This document shows positions 37,441 through 51,339 of a stretch of DNA of 64,000 bases, one piece after another (position 1 is the stretch's first letter; each line of letters opens with the position of its first letter). This DNA is from Lama guanicoe (Eukaryota). The notes under the pieces are model-generated. The model saw nothing but the letters and a program-made list of their open reading frames with translations, was not told where the DNA came from and did no database searches. Location of the stretch: assembly GCA_013239625.1 (NCBI GenBank), contig MU053881.1, forward strand, positions 8,269,957 to 8,333,956, in the 5' to 3' direction. A program made the position numbers and the translations under genes.

Positions 37441-40400
37441 CACTTCATCCATTCTAAGATACACGTTTTTTGTGTGCCATGAACTTAAGGTGTCATGTCT
37501 TGCAGCTAAGCCTGTGTCCATTCATCTGATTCCCACTGGAGCTTAAATTCATCATGATCTGGTTGAACTCATCACCTTGCCCTACCCACTCATTCCAGCC
37601 CCACTCTGTTTCTTCTAGTGAAGTCCCTACCAGGTTGATGGTACCATCATCTGCTCAGTCACCTAAGAAAGTAACTTGAGAATCAGCTTGTGCTATTTCC
37701 ACTTTCTCACTGTCCTCCTCAGTCGGTTACCCCATTTGATGATTCTGCCTGAAAGTGGTCTTGAATCCCTCCGCTTCTTTCTAGTCCCAAATGTAATGCA
37801 AGATCCAAACACTCCCCTTTGAAAGGACTTTAGTAGCCTCAATCCTGCATCTTCCCCTTCCCTTCCCTATTCACATTGCATACCAGCTGCTAGAGTGATC
37901 GTGATCAGTCTAAACTATAAATGGGTTCACATATCTCCCTCACTTAACAATCTTGCAGCAGCTGACCGAAGTTCAAGACCTTTAAGTTGGGCACAGCATC
38001 TTCACCATCTGGCTTCTGCCTCTCTCCAGCCTCATTGCTCTCTGCTCTCCCATACTCAACCTTTGACCCAAAAACACAGACCTGGTGGCACCATACTCTA
38101 CCCTGCCCTGGAAGCTCCAGGGTCGGTCAGTTAAAAGAAATTTGATTATCTAAATAATTAATTATAATGGATTAGCAGAGTTAACCTACATTCTTGTAGA
38201 CTAAGCATTTTTAAAATTTTGCATTTTTGTATCATTGCAATCTTATTAAAAAAAATGCATGAGGAATATGAAGAACTCCTGTATACTCTTTACTCAGATT
38301 TGGCAACTGTTTACACTTAGCCCCATTTGCTTTGTCTTTATAATTCTCTCTGTATCTTTTTTCATATCATTTTTCTGAGCTATTTGAAAGTCAGTTGGAG
38401 ACACCATGCCCCTCTACCCCCAAATACCTCAGAGTATTTATTTCCTATTGAGAACACTTCTCTCTCTTACAATTATGAAAATCAGCAAGTTTAACATTGG
38501 TATGGTACTATCATCTAATCCATAGTCCATACTCCAACTTTATCAATTGTCTTAAAAACACCTTTTAGAGACGCTTGAGTTTGTCAGCGGAGGACCAACC
38601 CAGGATTACAGGTTGCGTGGTGCACCCAGCTGCTATGTCTCTTTGGTCTCCATTAATCAGCCTTTCATTGTCTTTCTTGACTTGGACATTTTTGAATTGT
38701 TCAGGCCAGTTATTCTGTAGACTGTCCCCTGACTTGTGTTCATCTCAGGTCTCCTTATGATTAGACTGACGTTCTACATTTTTGGCAGAAAAACCAATGC
38801 AGGGACGTGGTATCCTCTCAGTGCATCCCCATCAGGAGGTTTGGCTGGACCCAGTATTGGTGACGTCAAGATTACCAACTGGTTAAGTGGCATCTGCCAG
38901 GTTTCTACACTTTCAAGTTAGTATTTAACCATTTTATTTTCCCCTTAAACCACATAAATGTGCATGTATTCCCCAATCTTTTGATTCAGGCCAAGGCTTC
39001 CCCTTTGAGTATAATAGGTCTGCTAACTGGATCTCTAAGCCATTTCCAATGCATTTCCTAGAAAGCACTGTCGAAGATTTTCAATTTAATTTAAAGAAGA
39101 GCAAGAATTTAAAGCCACTTCCAAAGCAACCTGAGTGCTGAACTGTCAGTTTTTATTCTTTCAGGCTTTTACATAAGCAACTTGACTTTATCCATTTTTT
39201 CCCAAAGTTCTCAACTTGGTTTTCATGGTAACAATTCTCTTTTCACACTCATATTCATTCGTGGATATAATTTTTAAACTAATTTATAAAATTACAATAA
39301 TAGGTGCAACTAGCCTAAGCAGGTTGAGGAACAAATGCAACTGACTGAGATTGTTAAGCTCGCAACTCAGCTGATGGAATAAATCCAGTGGGTACTCCCA
39401 TTCCATGAGCACCCAGTATGCTGTGGGCATCAGTCCATACACTTTTCAGACAGAACAGACGGTGGGGGTTAATCTACCAAGGCAATTAAATAGAAGTCGG
39501 TTAACAAAGCTTTTGCTGTGAATTTAATTTCCCAGAATTAAGGGACATGAGTTTTTAGACTGAAAAATCACACCAAGCACCCAGAAAAAATATCACTTTA
39601 CTGGGGATAAAGAGTAAATTCTAAAAGAACCCAGAGAGGGAAAAAAAATATTCACCTACAAAGCAAAGGGAGTCAGAATTGCATCGGATTTTTCAACAGC
39701 CTTCTGATGAAAAATTATTTTCAGTCAAGGATTTTGTACAAAGGCAAACTATGAACCAAGTGTGAGGAAGGCAGCAAATGCTTCGTCATGCCAGGTCTCC
39801 AGAGCAGTCTTTCTCAAGAAGGCAGTGAGGAGTACACGTGGACTACAATAACACAAGAAGACTCAGGATCCAGGAACCAGGGGGCCCCACCGAGAAGTGT
39901 GGCAAAGTACCAGCCAGCCAGATTAGAGAAGGAAGAGGTCTTGGGGGGCGGTGGTGCTGGGAAGGGGGGACGAAGCTTGGAGATGATGATCTGATGTCTC
40001 TGAGCATTTAGAAATACCATAGATAGGCATTTGACAAATTTGTAGGAACACGGGAAATAAAGACCAATGAGTACCTTGAAAACGAAGCAAATGACAAATA
40101 TCAAGGCACCTCATCAACTAGGAAAAAACCAAAAGCCAAAAAAAATATCAGAGTGTAAATTTTGGCTGAACCACGAACGGTATTTATTATATAGTTACAG
40201 TCATGCAAACCCTATCTATTGGCTTAACACAAAATGATGTAGAACTAAAATGTCAACTTTGAGACACTGGAACCTCATCCTGTTCGCTGCTGTATCCCAG
40301 TATTAGAACAGTGTTTGGAAGGATGAAAATTTTTAAGTCAATTTATCTTTTTTTTTTTTTGATGATAGTGTTTGAGCTTTAAATGTTCAACAAATGGTAA

Positions 40401-42649
40401 CAGAGTTTTTTTGTTGCCTTTCTTCCTTCCTTCCTTCCTTCCTTTCTTTCTTTCTATCTATCTCCATTGTGAGAAGAATTCCTGGGCCATGCAGAGAAGG
40501 AGCTAGTGAGAGGTGGCCTGCCTTTCTCCCAGGTTCATCTCCATGGAAACACATTGTTCTCACAGGTTGTCACCCACATCAATCTCCCATCTTGGTGTCC
40601 CAGCCCTGGGTACTACAGCTGGGTCCGTCTGCACACATGCTGCATCTGTTAGAGTAATTCACTGGATTTGAAGCTCTGTTGGTCTTCATGGGTGGAGCCA
40701 GTACATTACTCTAAAGGCAAACTTGTTCATGAACTTAGCCTATGTTAACAGATAAGAAAAGTTTCTAATGGTTTTCAGTTTGGTTCTACAAGTGTTTATT
40801 TTCCACACAACTGAACCTCTCTGATCACTAACAACACGGATAATCATTTTTCCTAGTTACCTTTAACCGTTTTCTTCCTATTTCTAACATAATAAATGAG
40901 AATTGCAGAAATTTTGGAAAATGTAAAGAAGAAAAGGAATCCTTCCAGATAACCAGAGACAACACTACCAACATTTTCTAAGTGACTTTTTTTTCCCTTC
41001 TCAACATTGAGACCTTAGTAGATATAATTTTGTGCCTAGGTTATTAACCAGAGGAAATAAGCATTTCTCCAGCCATTAAATATAAATCTCACAAGTAATA
41101 TGAAAGATTGTTTCAAAATGATTCCTTTTAGAAGAGAATTTTCCCTGCTAAGGATTCGATGTTTCTCAGAGAAGCCCTCCGGGGCATCTCCATGGAGTGC
41201 TGACTCTCGGGGCATTCATGGGACGTTAAGGGGGCGCTGGTATTAAAATCAGGCTTCAATCCTAATACCAGTGTGTTGCTCATCAGCTCATGACCTTGGA
41301 AGTTTCCTTTTACGAGATTCAGCTTTTCTTATCTGTAAAAGGGGATAAAAGTATCTCCCCCACAGGGTTATTAAGTAGACTGAAAGAAACATGACATGTC
41401 AAGTGCTTAGCACGGTGCCCAGGAAAGAGGAAGCGTTCCAGGAAACCAGCCACCATCAACGTCATCACCACGGTCATTAAGGGTCATGGGAAGCAGACGC
41501 TCCTGAAGACGGGTGACATCTCCTGCTGTTAAAGTGGCATCTCCGAGCTGGTTGTCTTGGCTTATTCGATCCTGCCTATCTCTGTTCCAGTTAAGACTTC
41601 TTTCTGAGATGCTGGAGTATTTTGCCTTCCAAAGTGAGCATTTAATGAATGCCCTCACCCATTCTGCGTCCTGTCTTCTTATTCCAGGGAAACTTTAAGA
41701 ATCTAATCTCCAACTTTGGCCTCAAGTCACACGTGAGAAAATAAAGGTGTGGGCTACATACTTTGTTGTTGTAAAATAAGAAGAGTATTGACATTAGCTG
41801 AGTGCCAGCTGTGAGCCACAATCTGGGCTAGATGTTTTTTCCACCAAAATTCTGCAGTGTAGGTGTTATTTCTCCTTCCTGGCAGATGAGGTCACCTTGG
41901 CTCAGAGAGGGGAAGTAAATTGCCCACAGTGACACAGCCAGGAAGTGACAGAGTCAGAAATGGAAGCAAATTCTCCCACATTTCAAAGCCCTGGCTTCTT
42001 CTCCTCTATCATGCTGCCTCCAGAAGATGCCCAAAAAAGTTCAGAGAACACTGTTGTCAATAATAGTATTTACTAAGCAGTCACCAGATGCCCAGTGCTA
42101 AATCTGTTCCCTGCATTATCTCATTTAATCCTCATATCAACTCTAGTAAGTAGATACAGGTGTCATCCCCATTTAAGAGAAGAGAAAACTGAGGCTCAGA
42201 GAAGTTAAGTTCCCTGCTCAAGGTCATGTGGCCCTGAAAAGACGTTTTTGGGATTACAACCCAGGTCTGCCTGATTCCTAAGAGTAGGTACTGAACCACC
42301 ACGTCCCCCTCCTTCCTGTCATCCCTGCCTCTCACGCCCACTAGAAACATCTGGTTGAAAAAAAGAAACTCAATCTCTATATCCCAAGTTCTCCGGGTTT
42401 CAGATCAATCCTCTCACTCAGTCCACAACTACTGCACCTGTTGTGAACATCCCGCGCATTAAGGGGAGACAAAGACAGAGACCTCTGCGACTCCATCCCT
42501 GTGGTGTCCGTGACTATCCAACTACAGCGTCCCAGAAGGCAAACCTGGCCACACAGCTGCATTTCCTAGGCCTCCTCACGGTCCTCATGACAACAGCCAT
42601 CCCAGCAGAGATGGCATCAGTGACATGCATTGCAATGAATTAAAATGTC

Positions 42650-44816
42650 TTCAAGTCTGAAATCGTTTTCCAGAGAAACTGGGCCAAAAGCCAAACCTCT
42701 TCTTCAAGCTTCTCTCCCCTAAGGCTTTGGATCTGCTTTCCCTCCGAGACAGGTCTCTGAGAAGGGGGACAGAATGACCCAGTGTGTGCTCCCTCCTGGG
42801 AGAGGAGGCCAATGGCTGGCTGCTGCGGGGACATAACAGGCAGGCGGCCTGGCCTCCAGGTGGGGACAGCTCTGTGACCCCACGCGTGCGGCAGAGCATC
42901 CCGGGGAGACGGGCTGAAGTGGACGCCCGCTAAGACCACATTCCTGCTGGGCTTCGCACCAGCCTTGTCTGGCTTCCTCATTCCCTTTCTTTTTTGCTCC
43001 CTCAAAAAACTGCTTGAATAAAGAACCCAAAACAGTGGGTACCAGAAGCGGTCCTGGGAAACAAACTGCGTACGGCTTTTGTGCGACTGCTAAGGATTTC
43101 ACCGTCGGTGAACAGGACGCGGCGAAGTCGGAGGGCACACGCTGATCTGGGACCCGGGACCCTTACTGGAGTGCTTGCACCTGGACGAACATCTCCGCCA
43201 GCAACAGAATACAATGAAACTATAAGGGACTAAAAATAACTGCAGGCACTCAGCTGGGCAAATTATGAACAATAAGATACAAAAAGGTGAAAACCCAACT
43301 GCCACCTCTGAGTGCCAGGAGCAAAAGCAGGGTACCACGCATGCACACAGCACCCCCAAGGGGGTGGGCAGACCACCTAAGCCGCCCCTCCAGCCTGACT
43401 CACCCATCCATCCCTACCTGCAGCGCATTTTGAGGACCAGCTCACCTCGCATCCAGGAGTGAGCAGGGGCACCTGTTAACTTGTTTCCACTCCCCTCGTG
43501 CTACGGCACGAGTCCCAGTAAAGCCTTGCCTGAATTCCTCTTCTGGCCTCTTATCAATTTCTGTTGATTAAAGAGTCCAAGAGTCCAGGTCGATAACATC
43601 TCTAGCATCTGAGGTCTGAGGGAAATGGTCACCGAACAGGCCTCGGAATAGGGTGACGCTTCTGAACACTGCTGATTTGTTAGAGAAAATGACAGACTCG
43701 TTGATCAACAATTTCAGAGGGCCTGCCTGGCAGCATTTAAAGAGACTTTCGCCTCCTGGAGCTGGAGGGCACACAGAGGAAGCGTTAGAGTGGCAGAACT
43801 TCAAAGAAGGCCAGTGCTGGGCTAGGTGCATCCCCTAACAGCGAACACAAGGCCCGTGCAGGGAAGGAGAGGACCCTGATTCTTCCGAGGGACTATCTGA
43901 AGAGATAAACTCAGATATTCCTGAACCTCCAGGCGTGCAGATGAATCTTGGTTTTCTTGCCGAAAGGCAGAGCCCCACCTCCACCCTGCCTCGCTAGGAA
44001 ACGAGGCAGGTGCTTTACAAAGCAATTCTCCTAGGGATTTGCCCCATCTCCTTCCCTGGCCACCAGACTGATAACCAGGGTAAAGCTGCAGCATGGACCA
44101 ACTCAGGAAGTGCGGGGCCCACTGAGGAAAGAAAGGGGTTATACGTCAGACCTGGCCAACATACACAAGCCCAAACTGGCCCTTGGAGGATTCCGGGGGT
44201 GCAGGATCAAGATGGGGGGTGACATATATAAACTGGATAAGTAGAGAGTTTGTTTTTTTTTTATGTAGAGGGGTCCTCTCCAGTGATAGGGGGTTTAACA
44301 CCCTGGCAGGGTCCCCAGGGGATGGTTCCAGTATGCTAATGAGACAGAACTTGAAAGACTGGAGAGAGAAAGGATCCAGACTGAACAACATAGAGATGCC
44401 AGAACTGCCCCTGCAAACTGGAGGGAAGGACGGACTCGGAGGGGTGACATGCTAGGATGAAACCCACCAGCTGACCTGGTGTTCCTTGGGAAGGCCTGGA
44501 GGACTCTCCATTTAGCAGAGAGGTAAAAAAAAATGTGTTGGTGATGGGGCAACAGTAGCATGAGATGCTCAATAGCAACCGTTACAGAACTGGGTTCTGT
44601 AGACGAAACTGGAGAATAAAATTCCAGAGGAGCAAAGACCAGTGGAAGCACTCAACCCTAAGAAACAAGATGGTGCAATTCCCAGAAATGGCAACAAGGT
44701 TAGAATAGCAGCCAAGGGGCTTGACCTGCAGGGATCCAGGCAGATGGCTCACCAAACAGAGTCATCTTGGGGGCAAATTAGGACAGCCAGTTAGGTACTG
44801 CTTAATATACCCAATC
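42650..44816 (+). mobile_element. Ancient ERVL-class provirus remnant: LTR, primer-binding site and degenerate gag
   Basis: LTR end 'aataaagaacccaaaaca' followed by a PBS-like 'gtgggtaccagaagcggtcctgggaaac' at about 43034. ORF 44183-44455 contains LSSDRGFNTLAGSPGDGSSML...LNNIEMPELP, resembling ERVL gag. Confidence 0.7.
43103..43598 (+). mobile_element. Younger solo ERV1-type LTR inserted in the ERVL leader
   Basis: CpG-containing block ending 'ccagtaaagccttgcctgaattcctc...tcaatttctgttgattaaagagtccaagagtccaggtcgataaca'. Confidence 0.65.
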
Positions 44817-44834
44817 AAAAGACATCAAGAATGG

Positions 44835-44978
44835 GGGAGGGTACAGCTCATGCTTAGCATGCATGAGGTCCTGGGTTCAATCCCCAGTAACTCCTCCAAA
44901 AATAAACAAACCTAATTACCTCCCCCACCCTGCCAAAATAAAATAATTAAACAATACAATCATAATCATAATCATAAT
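44835..44978 (+). mobile_element. vic-1-like SINE with 18-bp TSD and (ATCATA)n tail
   Basis: TSD aaaagacatcaagaatgg at 44817-44834 and 44979-44996; B box ggttcaatcccc; A-box region partly deleted. Confidence 0.88.
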
Positions 44979-45007
44979 AAAAGACATCAAGAATGGATTG
45001 AAAAAAA

Positions 45008-45260
45008 AGGAATGGATGGCCATCATTAAAAAGTCCACAAATGATAAATGCTGAAAAGGCTGTGGAGAAAAGGGAACCTTCCTACACTGTTGGTGGGCAT
45101 GTAGTTTGGTGCAACCATTATGGAAAACAGTAGGGAGATTCCTCAAAAGACTAAAAACAGACTTACCCTATGATCCAGCAATCCCACTCCTGGGCATATA
45201 TCCAGAGAAAATTATAATTTGAAAAAACACATGCACCCCAATGTTCACAGCAACACTCTT
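45008..45260 (+). mobile_element. L1 ORF2 3' fragment
   Basis: Similar to the reverse complement of 3930-4110 (atggccatcattaaaaagtccacaaatgataaatgctg...atcccactcctgggcatatatcc). Confidence 0.8.
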
Positions 45261-45374
45261 TAAGTATCCTCTATTTGCAGGAATATTTTAAAACTTCATG
45301 AAGAAGGTATTATTATCCTCATTTCACAGATAAGAAAACTGAGTCTCAGAACCCATCCAAGCTTCCAAAGTCAG

Positions 45375-45900
45375 TGATAAAAGAAATTTTCACATCTTGA
45401 GATATGGGGAAGTCATCCTTGCTTATACACGAGTTAACTTGAATTTTATGCTAAAATAGCCTGTTTGCAGCCTACCAAACATACATTGTACATCTGCTTT
45501 AATTATTAAACAAAAGGGTACACTGACCAGAAGTAAAGTACGTCCATGTTAAAAATGCAGATTAAATGCCCCTCTTCCTGGGACACCAATGCTGGTCCTC
45601 CTGTGATTAAGACTCCCTTCCCAGGTGCTGAGGTCACACTGACTTGCTGTGTATGTCCTGCTCTGGTTTTTGTTGTTATTGGGTTTTTTTTTTTTTTTGA
45701 AAACTTGAAGTAATGTAACCCTGACTCGTCTAATGTTCTTTGTTCTGACACAATATAAAACTGTGCAGAAAACCTGCTTCTCTGGAGCAGATTCTCAGAG
45801 CAACCTGGGAAGTGAGCTTCCAGGCTAGTCCTCAGTTTGGCTCCAATAAAATTCTTTTCTATTCTTATTATTGACTGTTTATTAATTATTTTCATCAATA
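45375..45900 (+). mobile_element. Solo ERV1-type LTR inserted in a MIR
   Basis: TG start, tataaaa about 45754, 'gtcctcagtttggctccaataaaattcttttct', end 'ttattttcatcaata'; MIR halves on either side. Confidence 0.72.
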
Positions 45901-46082
45901 GCAGTAGGTGACAGAGTAAAGATTTGAACCCAGGTCTCTCTGCCTCCAAAACCCCTACTGTGTCTTCTAACACACTCCCTACAGGAAAGGAATCCCAAGG
46001 CAATGATTTTTACAACATTCTTGATAATGCCTCAGAGTATCAGTCTTGTGCATGTAGGTGTTTTAGATTCAAATCTGTTTAG

Positions 46083-46235
46083 AGGGGGAAGGTATAGCTC
46101 AGTGCTTAGCATGCACGAGGTCCTGCGTTCAAACCCCAGAACCTCCATTTAAAAAATAAATAAACAAATCTAATTATCTCCCTCTAAAAACATCAACAAA
46201 AAAATGCAAGGAAAAAAAGAGAAAAAATAAACAAA
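46083..46235 (+). mobile_element. vic-1-like SINE, A-box-deleted variant
   Basis: gggggaaggtatagctcagtgcttagcatgcacgaggtcctgcgttcaaacccc followed by an A-rich tail. Confidence 0.82.
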
Positions 46236-46989
46236 TAAATACATTTGTTTATAGTGAAGTGCACCTGTGGGTTATTCTGATGGTTAATGGAAATAATCAG
46301 TATTGAATTCTTTGCAAGATTGAGCTTACAGCCAAACATGGCGTTGCTCATCCCCTGGAATGTGCTCTGTACCCAGTACCCTGAGCCTTCCACATGGAGT
46401 TTGGCACAGTGGTCCAGAGCATCAGCTACAGTGTCAGCCCGTAAGACCCAGCCCCAACCAGGTGAATGACCTTGAAAAAGTAGCTCATCCATTTAGAGCC
46501 TTGGCTGTCCCTTCCATAAAACCAATGCAACAATAGGTAGGACCTATGTCACGGGGTTTTTATGAAGATCAAATGAAATAATCTAAGCAAAACTCTCAGC
46601 ACCATCCTGGTACCTAGTAAGTGTTCCATAAATGTTCTTATCAGACTGGAAGCAACTTGAGGGCAGGGAATGTATGGGATTTTCTTCACCCCTGCAAACC
46701 TAGAACCTAGTACAGGGCCTTGCACGTTGTAGGCATGCGATAAACATTTGCTGAGTGAATACTTTTATTTAAGATAGCTCACTTAATCCTGAACAAATCT
46801 ATGAAGCAGAGACCGACATTAAACACAATTTTTAAAATGTTAAACTATTTAGGTAGTGCTAAGTTATAGGAACAAAAACAAAGCAGAAAAGGACAGAAAG
46901 TGACAGAAAAAGTGGGGGAAGATATGTTGTCGAAAGCCAAGAGCTATATCAAGGTGGGGACAGAGTCAAATGGAGGTCTAATGGGGGAA

Positions 46990-47313
46990 CGTTATGGTCT
47001 AAATGTTTGCGTCCCCCCAAAATTCATAGGTTGAAGCCCTAACCCCTAGTGTGGCTGTACTTGGAAATGAGGTCATAAGGGTGGGCTCTGATCTCGTAAG
47101 ATTAGTGTCCCTATAAAGAGACACCAGAGAGCTTGCTCTCCCCATCCCTCTGCACACAGAGAGATGGAGGCCACTCACAAGCCAAAGAGGCCTCAGACTG
47201 AAACCTACCTTGTTAGCAGCTTGACTTCTCAGCCTCCAGACTCAGGAGACGTAAGTTTCTGTTTAAGCTACCTGGACTGCGGTCTTTTGTTATGACAGCT
47301 CGAGCTAAAATAA
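46990..47313 (+). mobile_element. MLT1A-like MaLR LTR
   Basis: 'gttatggtctaaatgtttgcgtccccccaaaattcataggttgaagccctaaccc...gacttctcagcctccaga...tttgttatgacagc'. Confidence 0.8.
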
Positions 47314-48149
47314 AGCACATTCCAGGAAAAGGGAAAATCAAGTGCAAAGGCCCTGAAGGAGCTTGATGGTCAAGGAACAGCAGAAAGTGAGTAAGTGAGC
47401 CAGAGAGAGAGTGGTGAGACGCTCAGGCCAGTCTCAGCCCACACGCTCTGACAGCAGAGGGCCGGGAGAAAGCCGCCACCCCAGATGAAATCATTATCAT
47501 CATCACCCTGGTGTTTAATGTGAACAGCTGACTTTGTCCTCAAACTTCTGTAAAGTGTAAACAAAGGCCTTTTGGGGAAACTACGGTGTTTTCACAGTTC
47601 TGTGGATAAATCATATTCTTGCCACACAAATTCAGTTTCCGTACAAATCAGGTTGCTACACCCATGACCTCCCCCTATTGTGAAATTCTGGAACAACGGC
47701 TGGAAACAGAATCCCTTCCTCTCACTCAGGCAATGCCAAATGTGTTCCAGCTATGAGCCACCAAGCCGTGACCCTCAGCCCCCAGCTGGGGCCCGTGTGA
47801 AACGTACCAGGGAAAGGCTCTGATTTCTCTGCGCTATCAGATCTGGCCACGCCTGTTGTTTTTCATACCGGAGTGGATCAGCAGACCTGGTTAATGCTGA
47901 AATGACTGCAGGTAATTAAACAGGCAGGACTGGGCTTGGCCTTAGAGTAAGAAGGAAGGACAGGCTATGGACAGATTTTCCTTTCTTCAATGCCAGCATT
48001 ATGAGATTGGCGTTGGTGTCTACTTCCTCCTGAGGCCATGTAGTGTTGGAGGCAAAGATCCAGGGCAAGGGAGTCAGATGGACTGGGAAGTCAGATGCTG
48101 AGGTGGATGTCAGGATCTGTAGCTTTCGGGACAAATGTCTCTGCCTTTT

Positions 48150-48365
48150 ATCTAAAGTGATGATTTGCAACTGGGAGCGATTTTGCCCACCCCTTCTCTA
48201 ACCTCCCTCCCCACCCCAGGGAGCATGTTTGGTTATCACAACTTGCGGCCAGGGGAATGCTACTATCATCTTCTGAGTAGAGGCCAGGGATGCTGCTAAA
48301 CGTCCTACAGTGCACAGGATGCCCCCTCAACAAAGAATTATCCAGCCCGAGATGTAAACGCTGAT
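48150..48365. mobile_element. MER20-like DNA transposon
   Basis: 'gtagaggccagggatgctgctaaacgtcctacagtgcacagga...aaagaattatccagccc'. Confidence 0.8.
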
Positions 48366-49244
48366 TTAATAAAGAGGAAAAAGAAAAGGACACCCAAATA
48401 TTTAAGCGGTTTTCAAGTGCCATATTATACATACACACACACAAACACACACACATACCATTTAATCTTCACACCAAGTCTACAAAGCAATGTAGATGAG
48501 AAAATGAAATCTCCAATAAGTGCAGAATTCACCCGGCTAGTAACTGCCTGAGGAGGAATCTGAACTTGGCTCTGGGTGATTCTCACCAAGACTGTGAGCT
48601 CCATGAGGACAGGGACCTCCACTGTCCCTAGGGCCTAGCAGAAATTGGTACCTAACAGAAGTTCAATAGAGACTTATCTGAATTAATAATGGATAAATAA
48701 ATGAATGCCTGAGTCAAGGGTCCTGAAGAGCATGCTCGTTTCTTCCCACTACTCCTTAAGAATGACAAAAAGCCTCACCACATCCCTCCAGGCTTATGGT
48801 CAGGGCAGTACGTTGCATGTCAGAAAGAGGTATCTCCCCAGGCCAACTCAAGTCAGAATAGAAGTTTATGGTGAGAGTGCAGGAGTGTTAAGGAAACGAA
48901 GCACAGCCAGGACTCAGAGTGCCCAGTGCTCTCTGTCATCTCTACGTCTTGGTTTTCTCTCCCAACAGATGACTTCCTTTGTTCATCTTGTATACGGTTC
49001 AATATACGAGTCTCATCTCCACTTTGACTCTAAAAATCCCCATGGCTTCTCAGCTTGACTGTCCTTAGGTGACTCAGCGTGGTCTGTCGATATCCCAGTT
49101 ATCATTCCCAGAGGAAGGGTTAGATTGGTGCAGCTTGGGCCAGGCTTCATGACTCTGGCCCCAGCCAGATGGCTGCAAATTCATGAGAGATACTGACCGA
49201 GAACTGGCTAAGTGAGCCTTGCCAAGCCTGAGAACCAGAGCAAT

Positions 49245-51339
49245 AAAAATAACTGTTGGTATTTTAAGCAATTACATTTTGGGTGACATTACACAGCAAC
49301 AGGTAACTGGAACATATTTTGGTATCAGAAGTGGGTTGCTGCTATAACAAAACCCCAAACATGTGGCATCATTACCATTCCGCTCCCAGTCCCAACGTCT
49401 AAAGACCAAATACACTTTCCTTATTATAAATCAGAGCAACACAATCATTCTTGTGTTTAACCAGCAGGCAGGAGCTGGAGGGGCCATGAAGTGTATGTTA
49501 ATGATAATCTGAAGGGTCTTGGCGATGACTTAGAGGAAAGTGAGGAAAATGCCACTGGGAGCCGGAGGAAAGAGGCCCCTTCAGGGCGGTGGAAAGTTTG
49601 GTGACACTGTTGCCTGCTGTAATGGAGAAAAGAAAGAAAGGTACTTGACAAACATGATCATCTGACCAACCTGCCTACAGTAAAATGCAAAACAGAGAGA
49701 GCAGCTAAAAAAGGGAACTTTCTTGGTTTTCAAGCAAAATTTGCGGGGTATGTAAAATAGCTAGGGTTTCCTGGGTTTGAAAATAAAAACTACTTCTCAC
49801 TCCCAGCCTTTTGCAAGAGCAAACTATTCTCATATTAAAATGGCTTTCCAGAAAAGGATACACTTAGCATCTTTTGTTAAGAGCCCAGAAAGACTTAAGA
49901 AGATACACGTTACTGAGCGTCCAAACAGACAAAATCCTTCTTAAGAGCTTATGGGTGTGCCTCACTGTCTCTGTGAACAACAGGATTTCTAAGACTCTTA
50001 AGGGCATTGTCCCACAGAAGCCTGAGAAGGCATCTAAGGTAGAACAGGACGTACATGAGTCAAAGAGATTTGTGGCAGTGGCTTTTTCCCCGATGGAAGG
50101 AACTCTAGTAAGAATCATAAAAAATCCTCAAAGTTTTTTAAAATCAGCTTGAACTAAAAGAGGAGATACAAAAAATAAAAAAATAAAATAAATGAAAGAA
50201 GAGATACATAACAATGTGATACGCATCCTTGAGTTCGGCAGGAATTAAGGCCCCCACCCAGAGGGAGGATGCTAACTGTGCTGAGACCGGAGACTGGTCA
50301 GAACCTAAGAAATGATGCTGTTGACCTTTTCTGACCCCTGTGACTTCAATCAACTAAAGCTCTGCCCCAGTTCTATGCTGAATTCTCTGCTCGAGCCCCT
50401 TCATCCATATGCACGTACCCTGAGCTTAAATCTTCCCCCACATTGCTTTGGGACAGATCCCCGGTGTTCTCCCTACTTGTTGCAAGTAGTAAGACCTTCC
50501 TTCTCCAGCTCAACATCCACCAAAAGGCGAACCTAGTTTTTGGGTAACAGGCAGAGCTGCAGAGACGTATTGAAGAGAACTGGACCCTAATCAAGGAACC
50601 CACAATGTATTTACTGCAGTTTTCAGACGCCTATCCCACCACCGTATGTTGGGTGTGGAAGACAGATAAGTTGTCTTCTTCGTTCACAGATACTCAGGTC
50701 AAGAAGAATCATTCTTGAAGAGCCATACCTGGAAGTGATACCAAAGATGAGATCCTGGACTTCAAGCCTGAACCTGACCGCAGGAGGTGTTTCAAGAGCA
50801 TCTCGGAAAGGAACGACTACATTTTGCTGAAAGGGAAACAGGAATAATTTGTGATCAGAGGCAGTTTTAAAATATGGCCTGTAAATCCTTTGACATTCCT
50901 GGAATGACATTCGTGGAATGTCTTCTTCCCCTCAGTCTTGGCTTGATTCCTAGAAAACAGCAGAAGCCCTGTGCCAGTTTCCTGCCCAGGCCTTAAGAAA
51001 TGAGCAGCTTCTACTTCCTTCTGCTTCCTTCTGCTTGCTTTTGGATCCCACCCATCACACTCTGAGGAAGCCCAGGGAGAACTCAAGTGTATGAGTTCCA
51101 GCAGATAGCCCCCCAGTGAGGTCCCCATCATCATCAGGTACCAGACATGAGGGTAAACAAACTTTAAGATGATTCCAGCCCCACCTGATACCCAGGCATC
51201 ACCAGATGACAGGTGCTGAGGCAGACACAACTGGCTGAGCTGGGTCAGCCCCCAGAACCATGAGATAATAATTAAATGAATTTGTTTAAGCCACTCATCT
51301 TGGGAGTGATTTGTTACGCAGCAATCAATAACCAGAACA
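49245..51339 (+). mobile_element. MaLR (MLT1) provirus remnant: 5' LTR end, internal sequence, 3' LTR, with a nested LTR at about 50195-50548
   Basis: LTR end 'acacagcaacaggtaactggaaca' then the MaLR internal start 'ttttggtatcagaagtgggttgctgctataacaaaa'; 3' LTR about 50850-51339 ending 'ttgttacgcagcaatcaataaccagaaca'. Confidence 0.7.
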
